A stretch of 64,000 bases of DNA. It comes from a virus (lineage: Duplodnaviria > Caudoviricetes). Of the stretch, positions 9,415 through 19,856 are shown in pieces. A model generated the notes under the pieces. That model made no database searches. It was not told where the DNA came from and worked only from the letters and a program-made list of their open reading frames with translations. Every line of letters begins with the position of its first letter. Positions within the stretch are counted from its first letter, which is position 1. The position numbers and the translations under genes were made by a program. The stretch covers positions 1,688 through 65,687 of the IMG/VR virus record IMGVR_UViG_3300037454_000974; one strand, given 5' to 3'.

Positions 9415-12400
9415 TCAATTCTTCTTTATTGTTTCTTTCTTTTCTTCCTCCTTTGGATACGGTGCCCATAACGGTTTCTCATAATTTTCTGTAACTTCGT
9501 AGTTTCCATTTTCATTTGTGCTACCGCCTAATATAACTCTGTCTGCTCTGTCATCATATACTTCTGTGTTAGCATAGTAATTAAACGATACTGCATTTTG
9601 AAGCCTACTAATAGGTCCGCCTAATGATTGTCCGCCGAGTAGAATTATATCAAGAGTTATTTTTGCAAACATAGGCTGTACACCTATACCGGTTTTATTT
9701 AAGTCCCAATTAATTCCATCATCCGAAAAATCAATACCGAGTGAATTAATCAAAATTCGTGTGTTAATAAAATCACCTAATGAAAGAACACAAACCGGCA
9801 TTCGTCCAAAAGCAAGATTTCCTGCCGCCGCTGCAAAACCGTTTTTATCACTTGCTTCTATTGTATGTCCCTGTCTTGTGCATTGCTGTAAGAACGTAAG
9901 CCTTGCATTGAAGCCCTCGGGTGAAATTGAATGAAATGCAGGATTAAAATATTTTATTTTTTCAGTTATAGTATTATATGTTAAACTCTTTTCTTCTGTA
10001 ATACGTTCAAAATAATCGGCTTCGTTTTCATAACGACGAGAAGTGTTTTCTGTTTTATTATTTTCACCCCCTTGTGGCGGATTTTCATTTTGTTGATCAC
10101 TTTCTTCCTCTTGAGGTTCATAGCCATTATTTTGGTTAATTACATTATTAACGGTGTTTCCACTATTATCTTGAAGCCCGCCTGCGGTATTGCTTAATGT
10201 GGTTGTGTTTGATGTTTCAAATGAAATAGTAACATCTACACGACGTGCTCTTTTTTGTTCTTCACTATTTACATCTACATCATTACATTTTTCTACGAAC
10301 GGTTTTGTACTACGTGATACTTTAGTTAAAACATCTGAGCCTAAAAATGATTTTAACATGCTTAAAACGGCATATTCGCGTCTTTCTGCTATAATTTCAG
10401 CGTATTTCATATCTCCTTCAAATTCTGAAGCGTGACTTGAAATATCTATTTTCTCTATTTTATAGTTTTTGAAATAAGTTTCTATTTCATTTATCAATAA
10501 CACATCTATTGCGCCGGCACTACAAGCAAAACTTTCAAGCGGCTGATACTTAGAATTTTCATTTTTTAATCTTAATATTCCAAGAACCACTTCGGCAAAC
10601 GAAAAATGTTTTCCATCGCTATCTGCAATGTTAGTAGCACCATTAGGGACTTTTTGGCTATTTAACATTGAACTTGTAGTATCATAATACCAACTATTTC
10701 CAAGTAAACGTTGCCCCATGTCAAAATCTGTTCTGTATCTATATTGATGTTCTTCGTCTATATTACCTTCGGAATTATTTTTTCTCCATGCTGTTAATTG
10801 ATATACAGCATAATTTCCATCTTTTTTATCTTCACAACTTAAACAAGTTAAGCCGTTATTGGCACGCATTTCATAGCCGCGCCAATTTTCAAGAGGAACA
10901 GCATCCCCGTCCCATCCTTGTTCATTATCCCATCCTATATAACTGCAGTCGTTACCAATTAAAAGATAGCACCACCAATCAGGATCAATATATTGCGAAT
11001 AGTAGCTCTTAAAGTATGTTTTATTAATATTTTCAGAATCAGACACCATAAAAAGCCCTGAGTAGTTATTCGGAAAATATATACTAAAAGTTATTTGTTT
11101 TCCGTCTTTATCACCAGTGTATATGCTTGAATCTGTTCTTTTTTGTTCATGTTTCTCAACTACTATTTCTTCTTTTTGTGCCTTTGCTTGAAGAAGTTGT
11201 TCGCCCGCAAAAAACCTTAAATAATCTTCTTCTGTATTACCGCCCGTATATTTTGTATTTAAAATATTGGGATAATCAATTAACAAAAGAAAACTTATTT
11301 GTCCACGCCTGTCAGTATCGGTATAAGTGTATATTTTTTCACCTCTCCCAATAAATGTGTTAGGGTTCCAGTTTACAGAAATATTTTCATTAAAAGAAAT
11401 GTTATACGGCGGAAACCACATAATACGCCCGCCGTTAGGGCCACGCTGTTCTTCTGACAGATAATTAAGGTTATCAGGAACATCTTTCCACGCGAGATTC
11501 TCAATTGAAAACATGCATTTTTTAATATTTTCAGAGGTTCCATTACCTTCTTTTCTTCCCCTTACAATGTTAACAAAGCCGGTATTACGTAAAACAGTGT
11601 TTTGGGTTAAACTTATAACACCGCCTTCCGATCTAAAACTTGAATATCCTTCTTGAATATCTTGAATGGATAATAAAGAAGTGTTGTTTTCAGTTTCAAC
11701 TTTATAGTTACCTGCTAAATTTTTTACGGAATCGTTATAATTTTTATATTTACTCCAATTACGAACATAGGTGTTGTTATGTTTTGATTTTAAAATTTTT
11801 GTATTTGTGTTTTGAGTACTTCTCAAACGGTTATGTTTAAAAAGACGATTAGTGATAGTAAGTAAACTTTCGTGTACCTTTCCATTTTCACCTGTTTCTT
11901 CATTTTCCCACACTACTTCATGATTATAGATATCATTAATAATATCTTGTCGATTATTTTCTATTTTACCATAATCTACTTCTTTTATTTGGGGAATAAA
12001 AACATTATCTTCTTCTAAAAAATTTTCAGAGTCAACATTTTCTTTTGAATATTGCAACTTCCAATCATAAACAAATCTTCGCGATGGCTTTTCTTTTGTA
12101 TTATTTTCCTTCTTAGATTTTTCAATATTTTGAAGAAAATAATAAATTCCACCATTTTCTTCCTGTAATGTCGTTAAATCGCTATTTTCGTTTAATTCAA
12201 TAAAATGTACACCCTCGTTATAATCATCAACAATACGTCCTGTTTCTTTATGATATGTTCCGTTATGAGCGTTGAAAATATTATAATAGCCAATATTACC
12301 GTCTATTTGTGGATTGGTGCCGTAGAACTCGGTAAGACTTGGCGTAATGTATTTCTGAGAAAGAAATCTATCCTTGTTGAGATATGCGTTCAAACTCATT

Positions 12401-12585
12401 AAATTGACATACCTGAGGCTTGCATTATCTTCAAGATTATTATTTAGACTAAATATATCCTGATATTCTTGTTTTCCGTCTATATAGAAAAAGCCTTTAC
12501 TCGGGACTGCTTTTCTTCTTAGCATCTCGTTTCGTATTTCTGCATTTTTTGACAGAAGACCTCTGGTCTGAGCTGGATCTATCAT
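9415..12585 (-). CDS. Baseplate/tail structural protein with OmpA-C-like insertion
   Basis: 1056 aa; GRIMWFPPY and FIGRGE.IYTY tube/hub-like motifs; segment ISSHAS...AERREYAV...RARRVDVTI resembles OmpA peptidoglycan-binding domain. Confidence 0.6.
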   Translation of the reverse strand: MIDPAQTRGLLSKNAEIRNEMLRRKAVPSKGFFYIDGKQEYQDIFSLNNNLEDNASLRYVNLMSLNAYLNKDRFLSQKYITPSLTEFYGTNPQIDGNIGYYNIFNAHNGTYHKETGRIVDDYNEGVHFIELNENSDLTTLQEENGGIYYFLQNIEKSKKENNTKEKPSRRFVYDWKLQYSKENVDSENFLEEDNVFIPQIKEVDYGKIENNRQDIINDIYNHEVVWENEETGENGKVHESLLTITNRLFKHNRLRSTQNTNTKILKSKHNNTYVRNWSKYKNYNDSVKNLAGNYKVETENNTSLLSIQDIQEGYSSFRSEGGVISLTQNTVLRNTGFVNIVRGRKEGNGTSENIKKCMFSIENLAWKDVPDNLNYLSEEQRGPNGGRIMWFPPYNISFNENISVNWNPNTFIGRGEKIYTYTDTDRRGQISFLLLIDYPNILNTKYTGGNTEEDYLRFFAGEQLLQAKAQKEEIVVEKHEQKRTDSSIYTGDKDGKQITFSIYFPNNYSGLFMVSDSENINKTYFKSYYSQYIDPDWWCYLLIGNDCSYIGWDNEQGWDGDAVPLENWRGYEMRANNGLTCLSCEDKKDGNYAVYQLTAWRKNNSEGNIDEEHQYRYRTDFDMGQRLLGNSWYYDTTSSMLNSQKVPNGATNIADSDGKHFSFAEVVLGILRLKNENSKYQPLESFACSAGAIDVLLINEIETYFKNYKIEKIDISSHASEFEGDMKYAEIIAERREYAVLSMLKSFLGSDVLTKVSRSTKPFVEKCNDVDVNSEEQKRARRVDVTISFETSNTTTLSNTAGGLQDNSGNTVNNVINQNNGYEPQEEESDQQNENPPQGGENNKTENTSRRYENEADYFERITEEKSLTYNTITEKIKYFNPAFHSISPEGFNARLTFLQQCTRQGHTIEASDKNGFAAAAGNLAFGRMPVCVLSLGDFINTRILINSLGIDFSDDGINWDLNKTGIGVQPMFAKITLDIILLGGQSLGGPISRLQNAVSFNYYANTEVYDDRADRVILGGSTNENGNYEVTENYEKPLWAPYPKEEEKKETIKKN

Positions 12586-12672
12586 TACGGTAAGTTCTTT
12601 TTTCTTTTTTATTTATTTTTTCTTTTTTATATAATATACTAGTATACTATAAGTATCTAGGTATTCTAGGTT

Positions 12673-15588
12673 CTATGCGCCTCGGAATGGATTTGTTTCC
12701 TTATTGTAACCTTTTTCAATGCGTCTTGAAATTTCGTTATAGACTTGCTTATATATCATCTGAGTTAACTTATCTAAATCAGTTTGCGACAATTTGGAAA
12801 TATCCAAGGGTTTAGTCTGATTTCCACTTGTCAAATCTATTTTTCCGCCAATTTCAACTTTAAACGTATCAAAAGATATTTTTTCCGGTCCTTGGTACTG
12901 TTGAGCGCTGTTAACTGTCGGTGTAACCGAGATTGGGTTGAGCGTGTTTTCCTTAACGTTTGACAATGTAGGCCCAACTTCACTAACATTTTGTAACTTA
13001 GGCGCCGCAACTGTTATTGGATTATAACTAAACGGCATTTCAGCACCTCTTACATTAGGTTGAAAACCACCGGTAAGTGATATGTTTGGATTAAAACTAT
13101 TTCTTACGACAGTATTTCTCGGATTAGCATTCGGAGAAATTACAATGGGGTTATTTCCTAATGAAGTAATTGTTGGAACATTATGATCTTTGATATTCTT
13201 TAAGAAATCAGAACCATATCTGTATAAAACATCTTTTCCAAAAAGTGTTTCATCCTTTTCAATTTCAACAGGTTTGCCGTCATATATTGCAGGCACACCG
13301 CCGTTGATGTGATAATTACCTTGAACTATACCACTTGCTTTTGTTTCAACGTTATCATGACGATGTTTTAACCAATATTTATATTCATCGTCTAAGTTGC
13401 CGTCTTTCCATTTTGCATAAACTTCTTTTTTAGAAATACTTTGTTCGGGATGAGAACCACGATATTGATTCAAAAATTCTCTAACAGTTTCACCTTCATA
13501 TAATCCGCGCCCTAATTTTTCGTTAACATTTTCGGTTTCTTCGCCCATACCGACAGCCATCTTTGCTTGCCATTTTGAGCCGTATTTCTTTTTAAGTTCG
13601 GATTTTTCATCAGAACTAAGGTTTTTCCAATATCCCTTAGAAGCATCGCCGTCAAATTTTACACCTGCAATTTTCGCTACCCATCTTCCAAGTTGTGTCT
13701 GCAAGTATTTTAGCATATCATCTAAGGTTTCCTGAATGCCTTTGGTATGAACGTAAATATCGCCCATTGTAGCAGCATCCTTATCTTCCTTAGCCTTGGC
13801 TTCATTACGTATTTGGGCAGCATCAGCACTTGTAAGCGAAGAAACTGCTTTTTGAGTACCGTTAAGCGTTATACTTGCATATCCGTTTTTGTCAATTTCA
13901 GATAAATTTTTAATATATTCAATCGTATCTTTATCAAATTGGTTCTTGTTTGCAATCTGTGACTCGGTACGATTGAATTTTGCCTGATTCATTGCAAGGC
14001 TTATCATTTCACCCGGATCAACGCCCATTGCGGTTGCCGCCTGCTTCATAATATCCTTGGTAACAGGATTAATTTCAAATTCACCCTTCTCGTTATTCCA
14101 TTGAGCTTTATTGCCGTACATTTTTATCATACGGTCTTGTAGTGCTTCAATATCATTTAAACCCTCATACATCATTTGCATTGGGTTTGAATACATTGAA
14201 AACGAGCCACCTAAAACAGAAAGATCGGCTGCTGTTTTTATAGCGCCTTCAAACGTAGAAACTTTTTCAGCAAAAGTCATTGCCTGCTGTATGTTGAACT
14301 TCAACTGTGTTGAGCGTTCAGCCATACGTTCAAGTCCTTTTAAGCCATTTTGGAAATTATATTTCTGTGCGGCTTTTAAATTATCATTAACAGATTTAGC
14401 AACGTTCTTAAATGAGAGTCCACGCTTACTAACTTGTTTATACAAGTCAGTCATAAATCTGTCAGTTTCACTTATTGATTTACCAAAGGTATCAAAATTT
14501 GAAATAGCATCACCTTGAATGCCCATCTTTTTAAGAAGGACACTCGACATAAGGCTTTCGGTACTGAAATTAGAGACACTTCTTCCTATTGCTTCTGCAG
14601 TTTCACGAGCGGCTTTAATGACATCTTCTTGATTAATACCATAACCAGGTTTAGCCTGTTGTACGACATTCTGTGCAACGTTTAAAATCTGTTGTTTGCC
14701 ACGTTTACTTCCACCTATTGCACGTGCATAATCAGAAGCTTCTTTATCTTGTTTTGCAAATAAGTCAAATAGTGCTTTTATACCGTTAATTGCCGTACCT
14801 GCCCATGGTGCAAAAGTAGATACGCCTCCTGCAAGAGCGCCAACAACATTATTTGTTGTGGGATTTGAGAGTATAGCAGAAGTTATACCGCTTGCAGTTT
14901 TACGGAGTCCTTCTGGAATTTTAGAACGCCTTTCAGCTTGTTCTTCTTCTCTTCTTTTCTTTTTTTGCTGTTTATAATAGTCAGTAGAAGACTTTTTCTT
15001 ATGTTCTTCTTCTTCTTTTTGCTTTTGAACAGCATCTTTGGCATCTTGAATTTGTTTATAGTATCCTTCAAGTTCTCCTTCTTTAAAATTTTTTAAATCC
15101 TCAGGAGAAAGCCTAAGTTCCTGATTTATAACACTAGTGTGGAGTTTTTTTAATTCATCATAAATTTTATCAAAAATATCTGAAAAACCGCCAAGTGAAC
15201 TATTTTGAGGTTGTGCGTTTGTAATAGAAACGCCTGTTCCGCCCGTATTAGAGTTATTTTGAGGAGAGGAAATGTTAGAACGGGAACCAACGACAGCATT
15301 TTTAATTTCATCAATTAGATTATATAAGCTGCCGCCATTAGTTAATGAAGTTGAAATTAAATGAGTATTATCAGTTGTTCCTGTAATTTTTTCAAGGTTA
15401 TTTTCTATTTTTTGTATAGCGCCTAAATTGCTAAAGCTTTGTCCATTAATCTTTACTTGAACACCGTCTTGCACTTTAACGCCTTTATCGGTAACAACAG
15501 AATCCACATCGGACTTTATTTCTCCGATGTCATTTTTAATTTCTTCAACTTTATCCTTGATATCAATTATGTCTTGGTCGTTCGCCAT
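12673..15588 (-). CDS. Tail tape-measure protein
   Basis: 971 aa, helical Ala/Gln/Lys-rich; GNYHINGGVP motif; located between chaperone-like genes and baseplate genes. Confidence 0.7.
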   Translation of the reverse strand: MANDQDIIDIKDKVEEIKNDIGEIKSDVDSVVTDKGVKVQDGVQVKINGQSFSNLGAIQKIENNLEKITGTTDNTHLISTSLTNGGSLYNLIDEIKNAVVGSRSNISSPQNNSNTGGTGVSITNAQPQNSSLGGFSDIFDKIYDELKKLHTSVINQELRLSPEDLKNFKEGELEGYYKQIQDAKDAVQKQKEEEEHKKKSSTDYYKQQKKKRREEEQAERRSKIPEGLRKTASGITSAILSNPTTNNVVGALAGGVSTFAPWAGTAINGIKALFDLFAKQDKEASDYARAIGGSKRGKQQILNVAQNVVQQAKPGYGINQEDVIKAARETAEAIGRSVSNFSTESLMSSVLLKKMGIQGDAISNFDTFGKSISETDRFMTDLYKQVSKRGLSFKNVAKSVNDNLKAAQKYNFQNGLKGLERMAERSTQLKFNIQQAMTFAEKVSTFEGAIKTAADLSVLGGSFSMYSNPMQMMYEGLNDIEALQDRMIKMYGNKAQWNNEKGEFEINPVTKDIMKQAATAMGVDPGEMISLAMNQAKFNRTESQIANKNQFDKDTIEYIKNLSEIDKNGYASITLNGTQKAVSSLTSADAAQIRNEAKAKEDKDAATMGDIYVHTKGIQETLDDMLKYLQTQLGRWVAKIAGVKFDGDASKGYWKNLSSDEKSELKKKYGSKWQAKMAVGMGEETENVNEKLGRGLYEGETVREFLNQYRGSHPEQSISKKEVYAKWKDGNLDDEYKYWLKHRHDNVETKASGIVQGNYHINGGVPAIYDGKPVEIEKDETLFGKDVLYRYGSDFLKNIKDHNVPTITSLGNNPIVISPNANPRNTVVRNSFNPNISLTGGFQPNVRGAEMPFSYNPITVAAPKLQNVSEVGPTLSNVKENTLNPISVTPTVNSAQQYQGPEKISFDTFKVEIGGKIDLTSGNQTKPLDISKLSQTDLDKLTQMIYKQVYNEISRRIEKGYNKETNPFRGA

Positions 15589-15639
15589 GAAATGTTCTAA
15601 CTATTTTATATATAAATATCTAAAACCAAAAAATTGAGG

Positions 15640-15915
15640 TTATAGTAACCCCAATTCTTTGTTCTTTTGTTCAACTTTAGCATATGCATTTATACCAATG
15701 CCGGCTGTTGTTGACATTCCGCTTCCGTCCATTGACGGGCCCTGCTCTAACGCTTCTCTGTTATGTTTCTTTATCCAAAATTTTCTGATATATGTTGGAA
15801 GAGACATTACAGTTTCATAAGGAAGATTTAAATAATTTACGCAACCGTAAATTTCATTCCAAAATGATAATTCGTATTCACTACTGTAAACCAGTGATGA
15901 AAATAAACTGATCAA
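15640..15915 (-). CDS. Baseplate/tail assembly chaperone C-terminal partner (gp51-like position); no upstream ATG
   Basis: FWNEIYGCVNYLNLPYETVMSLPTYIRKFWI; overlaps the end of the upstream gene in the +1 frame. Confidence 0.55.
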   Translation of the reverse strand: MISLFSSLVYSSEYELSFWNEIYGCVNYLNLPYETVMSLPTYIRKFWIKKHNREALEQGPSMDGSGMSTTAGIGINAYAKVEQKNKELGLL

Positions 15916-17305
15916 GTTGCAGAAAGGTTTCTACGTAGCCACCCCCCAGACTACTCGGTTTTTCTACTTTGATGTTATAATCGATACCAGGCTCATTTTC
16001 GATAATGTACTTACGATAAGCCATGGCGTCTTTAACGTTCATATGAATAATATAATCAGCTATATATGCCCTATCTGTATTTCCATTAATAGAAATAGTT
16101 GAAAGAATAAGACGATTTGTTAAATCATGAGAGAATAATGCCTCATGCTCTTCCGTAAAAGTTTCCTTTAATTCTTCTTCAATGTTGTTAAGATATTCTG
16201 TAACTTTTTCATACTGAGAATTACTGATAAATTCATTTTCCGCAATAGCATCTTTTATTGTTTCAATAGAATCTTTTATATCAGTAACTTTCATTGAATT
16301 ATCGTCATCCTTTCTCATTTTGTCAAGCATCTTGACATCACGATTAGTGAGGAACTTAAACTTAACAGTATCCTTTGACTCAGGAAATGTGAAATCAAAA
16401 TGTCCGTTTTCATCACCCTTTAAAGTAAATTTCTTAAATTTTAATGACGATAAATCAACATGAGTGCGGTAAGTATTTCCTTTTTCATCTACCATATCAA
16501 CAGGATAGTCATTACCGTAGCCGCTTGCTCTTAGCCATATAATAATGGCATCTCTATCGCCTTGTATCAAATCATCCGGATCAATGCCGTCAAGAATCTT
16601 ATTTTTAAGGATATGTTCTAAGAAAGTGCCGTTCTTATAAAGATTTGGGGATAAAATCATATTTTCATCATAAGCACAGAGATGAGAAACCATAATTTCC
16701 TTCATCTTATTCTTATAACATTCTCCCTTTGAAGGTAACGTAACAGTATCATAGTTAGCTTTAGTACCTGAGGTATTGTAATCCTTTCTGAATTCGGGTG
16801 CCTCGTCTGTTGTACTTTTATATTCTTCTACTGTTGGTACTACAGGTGCCTTTGCTTTAATGACAGTTTCTTCATTTGAATAACGTTCCCTTTTAGGAGA
16901 CTTTTCGGAAGTTCGCGGTTCAACGCCTTTTTCTTCTTCTTTTCTCTGTTCAGCCATTCGTCTAGCATACTCCATCATATAATCCCTTCTATCTTCTGCC
17001 TCAAGTTTCTTTAACAGTTCTTCGCGTTCCGCTTTCTTACGTTTACGCTTCGGTATTAAATCTTCTTCCTTGCCACCATACGCAAGATATTTTTCTTTAA
17101 TATCTTTTTGCATAGTGTTAATAAGAGAAAGACTATCGGCTATCGTAGCGTCGCTATAAACGCGGTTACCCGCCTTATCGACTTTCTTTTTTGCATTAGT
17201 CAACGTATCTTCCTTTGAATTTTCATACATTTCATAGGAATTTCTAAGCGTTTCAAGCATAGATTGCCTTTTTTCCTCAGGCATGTTGGTTTCTACTTGT
17301 TTCAT
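15881..17305 (-). CDS. Baseplate hub assembly protein, T4 gp26-like, with long charged N-terminus
   Basis: YDTVTLPSKGECY, DENMILSPNL, DDLIQGDRDAIIIWLRASGYG motifs. Confidence 0.65.
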   Translation of the reverse strand: MKQVETNMPEEKRQSMLETLRNSYEMYENSKEDTLTNAKKKVDKAGNRVYSDATIADSLSLINTMQKDIKEKYLAYGGKEEDLIPKRKRKKAEREELLKKLEAEDRRDYMMEYARRMAEQRKEEEKGVEPRTSEKSPKRERYSNEETVIKAKAPVVPTVEEYKSTTDEAPEFRKDYNTSGTKANYDTVTLPSKGECYKNKMKEIMVSHLCAYDENMILSPNLYKNGTFLEHILKNKILDGIDPDDLIQGDRDAIIIWLRASGYGNDYPVDMVDEKGNTYRTHVDLSSLKFKKFTLKGDENGHFDFTFPESKDTVKFKFLTNRDVKMLDKMRKDDDNSMKVTDIKDSIETIKDAIAENEFISNSQYEKVTEYLNNIEEELKETFTEEHEALFSHDLTNRLILSTISINGNTDRAYIADYIIHMNVKDAMAYRKYIIENEPGIDYNIKVEKPSSLGGGYVETFLQLDQFIFITGLQ

Positions 17306-17886
17306 TCTACTATTTTTTCTACTATTATTGCAAACTTAAACGGATATTTTTTGTCAGAATAATCTTGCAGGATTTTACAGCCTTCAAGAATATATTCTTT
17401 ATTCTTAATTAATATTTTCAAACCACGTATCGGTAACGCTTTCAACCTGGTCTGGGTATCAATAAACTGATCGTTATGAATTCTCTTACTGTCATCAAGC
17501 CAAAAACGAATTTCACTCTCAGCATCAGGCTCCATATTAGGATTAATGTTTAAAATTAAAATAAACATTTTTCCGTTTTTAATATATGGCTCAAAAAATG
17601 TTTCATCTACACTTTGTTTTTTTGCGTCCTGTACAAAAACATCAGATTCAAAAAAGTTATATTTTATATCAGGAAATTCACGGTGTACCGTCGATGAAAA
17701 TGCTACATTTTGTGGCGTATTTAAAATACCACGTTTCATATTTTCAACAAAACGGTTCATCTGATTATTTGTTTTTAGAAACTTATCCATAACCATATTG
17801 CCGTAGTCTTCCCGCGACAGTTTACCGTTATAGGCAAACTTTCCACTTTCAGTGTCTATTACAGGTATTATAAGTTTTGTCAACAT
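17302..17886 (-). CDS. Hypothetical protein
   Basis: 194 aa ORF overlapping its neighbours at both ends. Confidence 0.6.
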   Translation of the reverse strand: MLTKLIIPVIDTESGKFAYNGKLSREDYGNMVMDKFLKTNNQMNRFVENMKRGILNTPQNVAFSSTVHREFPDIKYNFFESDVFVQDAKKQSVDETFFEPYIKNGKMFILILNINPNMEPDAESEIRFWLDDSKRIHNDQFIDTQTRLKALPIRGLKILIKNKEYILEGCKILQDYSDKKYPFKFAIIVEKIVE

Positions 17887-18401
17887 TTTATAAAATCTTT
17901 TAGTTTTATCCTAAGCCATTCCAAAACCTTATCAGGCTCATGGTTTAAATCATATTCAGATATTCTTATCAATGGTATTCCGTTTTTTGAACACCATTTG
18001 TTCTTTATTTCGTCAACGTAAAGGTTCTTTTTCTGTACTCGAGTTAAGTCTTTTTCCTCATAAAGCCTTGGGTCGGCGTGCCAAAAAGAGCCATCTATTT
18101 CAATTATAATTCGTTTAGTTGGGTGTTGTTCATTACCCTTTACCATAAAATCAAAATAACGCCCAATTGATTCAGCCTTATATTGATAAACATATTCTAC
18201 TCCTAATTTATCAAGATATTCAAGGGCAAAACGTGTTTCAAGTTTTGACGTCCCGTATTTTGGGTGCCGTTTTACTTTTTTAACAGTTTCTTTTGACTTT
18301 TTTGGGAGCCTTTTATCCGCGTTTTCCTTCACTGCTCTTTTCTTAACTGTTTTTGAACGCGGCTTCTGATATGTTCCTGTTTTTTTAATCGGTTGAGCCA
18401 T
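17880..18401 (-). CDS. PD-(D/E)XK nuclease, Vsr/DUF559-like
   Basis: YFDF...IEIDGSFWHADP...DEIKNKWCSKNGIPLIRISEYD. Confidence 0.7.
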   Translation of the reverse strand: MAQPIKKTGTYQKPRSKTVKKRAVKENADKRLPKKSKETVKKVKRHPKYGTSKLETRFALEYLDKLGVEYVYQYKAESIGRYFDFMVKGNEQHPTKRIIIEIDGSFWHADPRLYEEKDLTRVQKKNLYVDEIKNKWCSKNGIPLIRISEYDLNHEPDKVLEWLRIKLKDFIKC

Positions 18402-18424
18402 TAACGTTTTTTAAATAACTACTA

Positions 18425-18757
18425 TCATTTTAACTTTTTCGGAAAAAATTCATTATTTTTCATGGTTTCAACCATTTTTTCAATTTCTAAACAGTCTTTT
18501 TCAAAATTCAAAACCTGTTCAGGCGTGAGTTCAAACCATTCGTTCAAAACTTTCTCCCTTGAATATTTCAGATGAAGATGTTTTTCAATAAAAAACGGAT
18601 GTGGCGTTTGAAAATAGCGGCATAAATAAATTTCACCCGAATTACCGGTTTGGAGTTTCTTTATACGCCTTTCAATAGTTCCTTTCGTGACACCAATCTT
18701 GTAAATATTATCTTTTTCGGCGTCCGCAAGAAGATATACATATCCCTTTTTCTCCAT
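18425..18757 (-). CDS. GIY-YIG superfamily protein (T5orf172/MUG113-like)
   Basis: GYVYLL...YKIGVT...RIKKLQTGN...IEKHLH...EWF. Confidence 0.8.
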   Translation of the reverse strand: MEKKGYVYLLADAEKDNIYKIGVTKGTIERRIKKLQTGNSGEIYLCRYFQTPHPFFIEKHLHLKYSREKVLNEWFELTPEQVLNFEKDCLEIEKMVETMKNNEFFPKKLK

Positions 18758-18852
18758 CAGTAATATTTATTATAAAAATAAATTAAAAAAAGGACTTGTA
18801 AAGAGTTTATTTTTTTGACGATTAACTATTTATAACAAAGAAATCATTCATT

Positions 18853-19251
18853 ATGAGAAAAGACGAATACATGAAAACTTTGAATGAGGTTCAAGAATTA
18901 ATCGGAAAGGTTAAATCTGTAAATGAAGCCATTCAATTTAATGAAGATAATTTTGACAATGAGTTCGGTGGCGCCGAGGAAGAACCGCAGGTTCCTGCAG
19001 AAGAAGCACCTGAACAAAATCAGGATATGGCTGCCGCAGGTAGCGCAAATCTTGCTTCTATGAAACCCGAGGAACGTACAGAGGAAGACGGACTCCGTGA
19101 ATTAGGCGAAGTTGATACTATCCGCGAAATTGCATTAAAAGGTATGATTAAACTTTGCAAAAATCCCGAAGATGAAAGATATCAGGCTTTGAAGAAAATT
19201 TTCCAATTCTGTGATAAAGCCGCTGAATCAAAAGATAAGGAAAATATGTAA
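18853..19251 (+). CDS. Acidic hypothetical protein, probably late
   Basis: 132 aa; TATTTATA at 18827-18834. Confidence 0.6.
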   Translation: MRKDEYMKTLNEVQELIGKVKSVNEAIQFNEDNFDNEFGGAEEEPQVPAEEAPEQNQDMAAAGSANLASMKPEERTEEDGLRELGEVDTIREIALKGMIKLCKNPEDERYQALKKIFQFCDKAAESKDKENM

Positions 19252-19302
19252 TTTTCTTTTCTAACAGGTATTTATAATAAAAAGAAAAACACGTTATAGA
19301 TT

Positions 19303-19794
19303 ATGGCAAGTGATTTACTACTTAGGACCCCAATAGATTTTGAGCCAATGAGAAAAAACAGATGGCTCTTCCGTTTTCCGAGCGATCTTGGTATTTCCGA
19401 ATGGATGCTTTCATCAGCAAAACGTCCTTCAATTAAACAGACTTCAAAACCAATAGAGTTCTTGAATACAGAAGTATATGTTGCTGGACGTTATACATGG
19501 GATAGTATTCAGGTTACTTTCAGAGATTTTATTGCGCCGTCTGCTTCACAGGCTCTTATGGAGTGGATTCGTCTTTGTTCAGAGTCAGTGACCGGCCGTC
19601 AGGGCTATGCAGCAGGCTATAAAAGAGATATTGAATTAGAAATGCTTGATCCGAGCGGCGTTGCAATTTCAAAATGGATACTCAAAAACGCATGGATAAG
19701 TGATTGTGATTTTGGCTCACTTCAATATTCAGACGACTCACTTGCTGATATCACAGCAACTCTTGTAATCGATTACGCTATTCTTTGTTACTAA
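19303..19794 (+). CDS. Tail tube protein (T4 gp19-like)
   Basis: RKNRWLFRFP, GRYTWDSIQVTFRD, QALMEW, GYAAGYKRDIELEMLDPSG..KWILKNAW. Confidence 0.85.
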   Translation: MASDLLLRTPIDFEPMRKNRWLFRFPSDLGISEWMLSSAKRPSIKQTSKPIEFLNTEVYVAGRYTWDSIQVTFRDFIAPSASQALMEWIRLCSESVTGRQGYAAGYKRDIELEMLDPSGVAISKWILKNAWISDCDFGSLQYSDDSLADITATLVIDYAILCY

Positions 19795-19810
19795 TTTTAA
19801 TATAATTTAC

Positions 19811-19842
19811 AAGAAGGATGCCAATGGTATCCTTCTTTTTTT
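19811..19842 (+). terminator. Intrinsic terminator after tail tube gene
   Basis: aagaaggatgcc-aat-ggtatccttct stem followed by T run. Confidence 0.7.
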
Positions 19843-19856
19843 GTATATTTGAATAT

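Noticed and set aside
12600-12672. tatactagtata palindrome and tctagg repeats between tape measure and hub genes
   Set aside because: Short, very AT-rich and not repeated elsewhere; cannot be distinguished from chance
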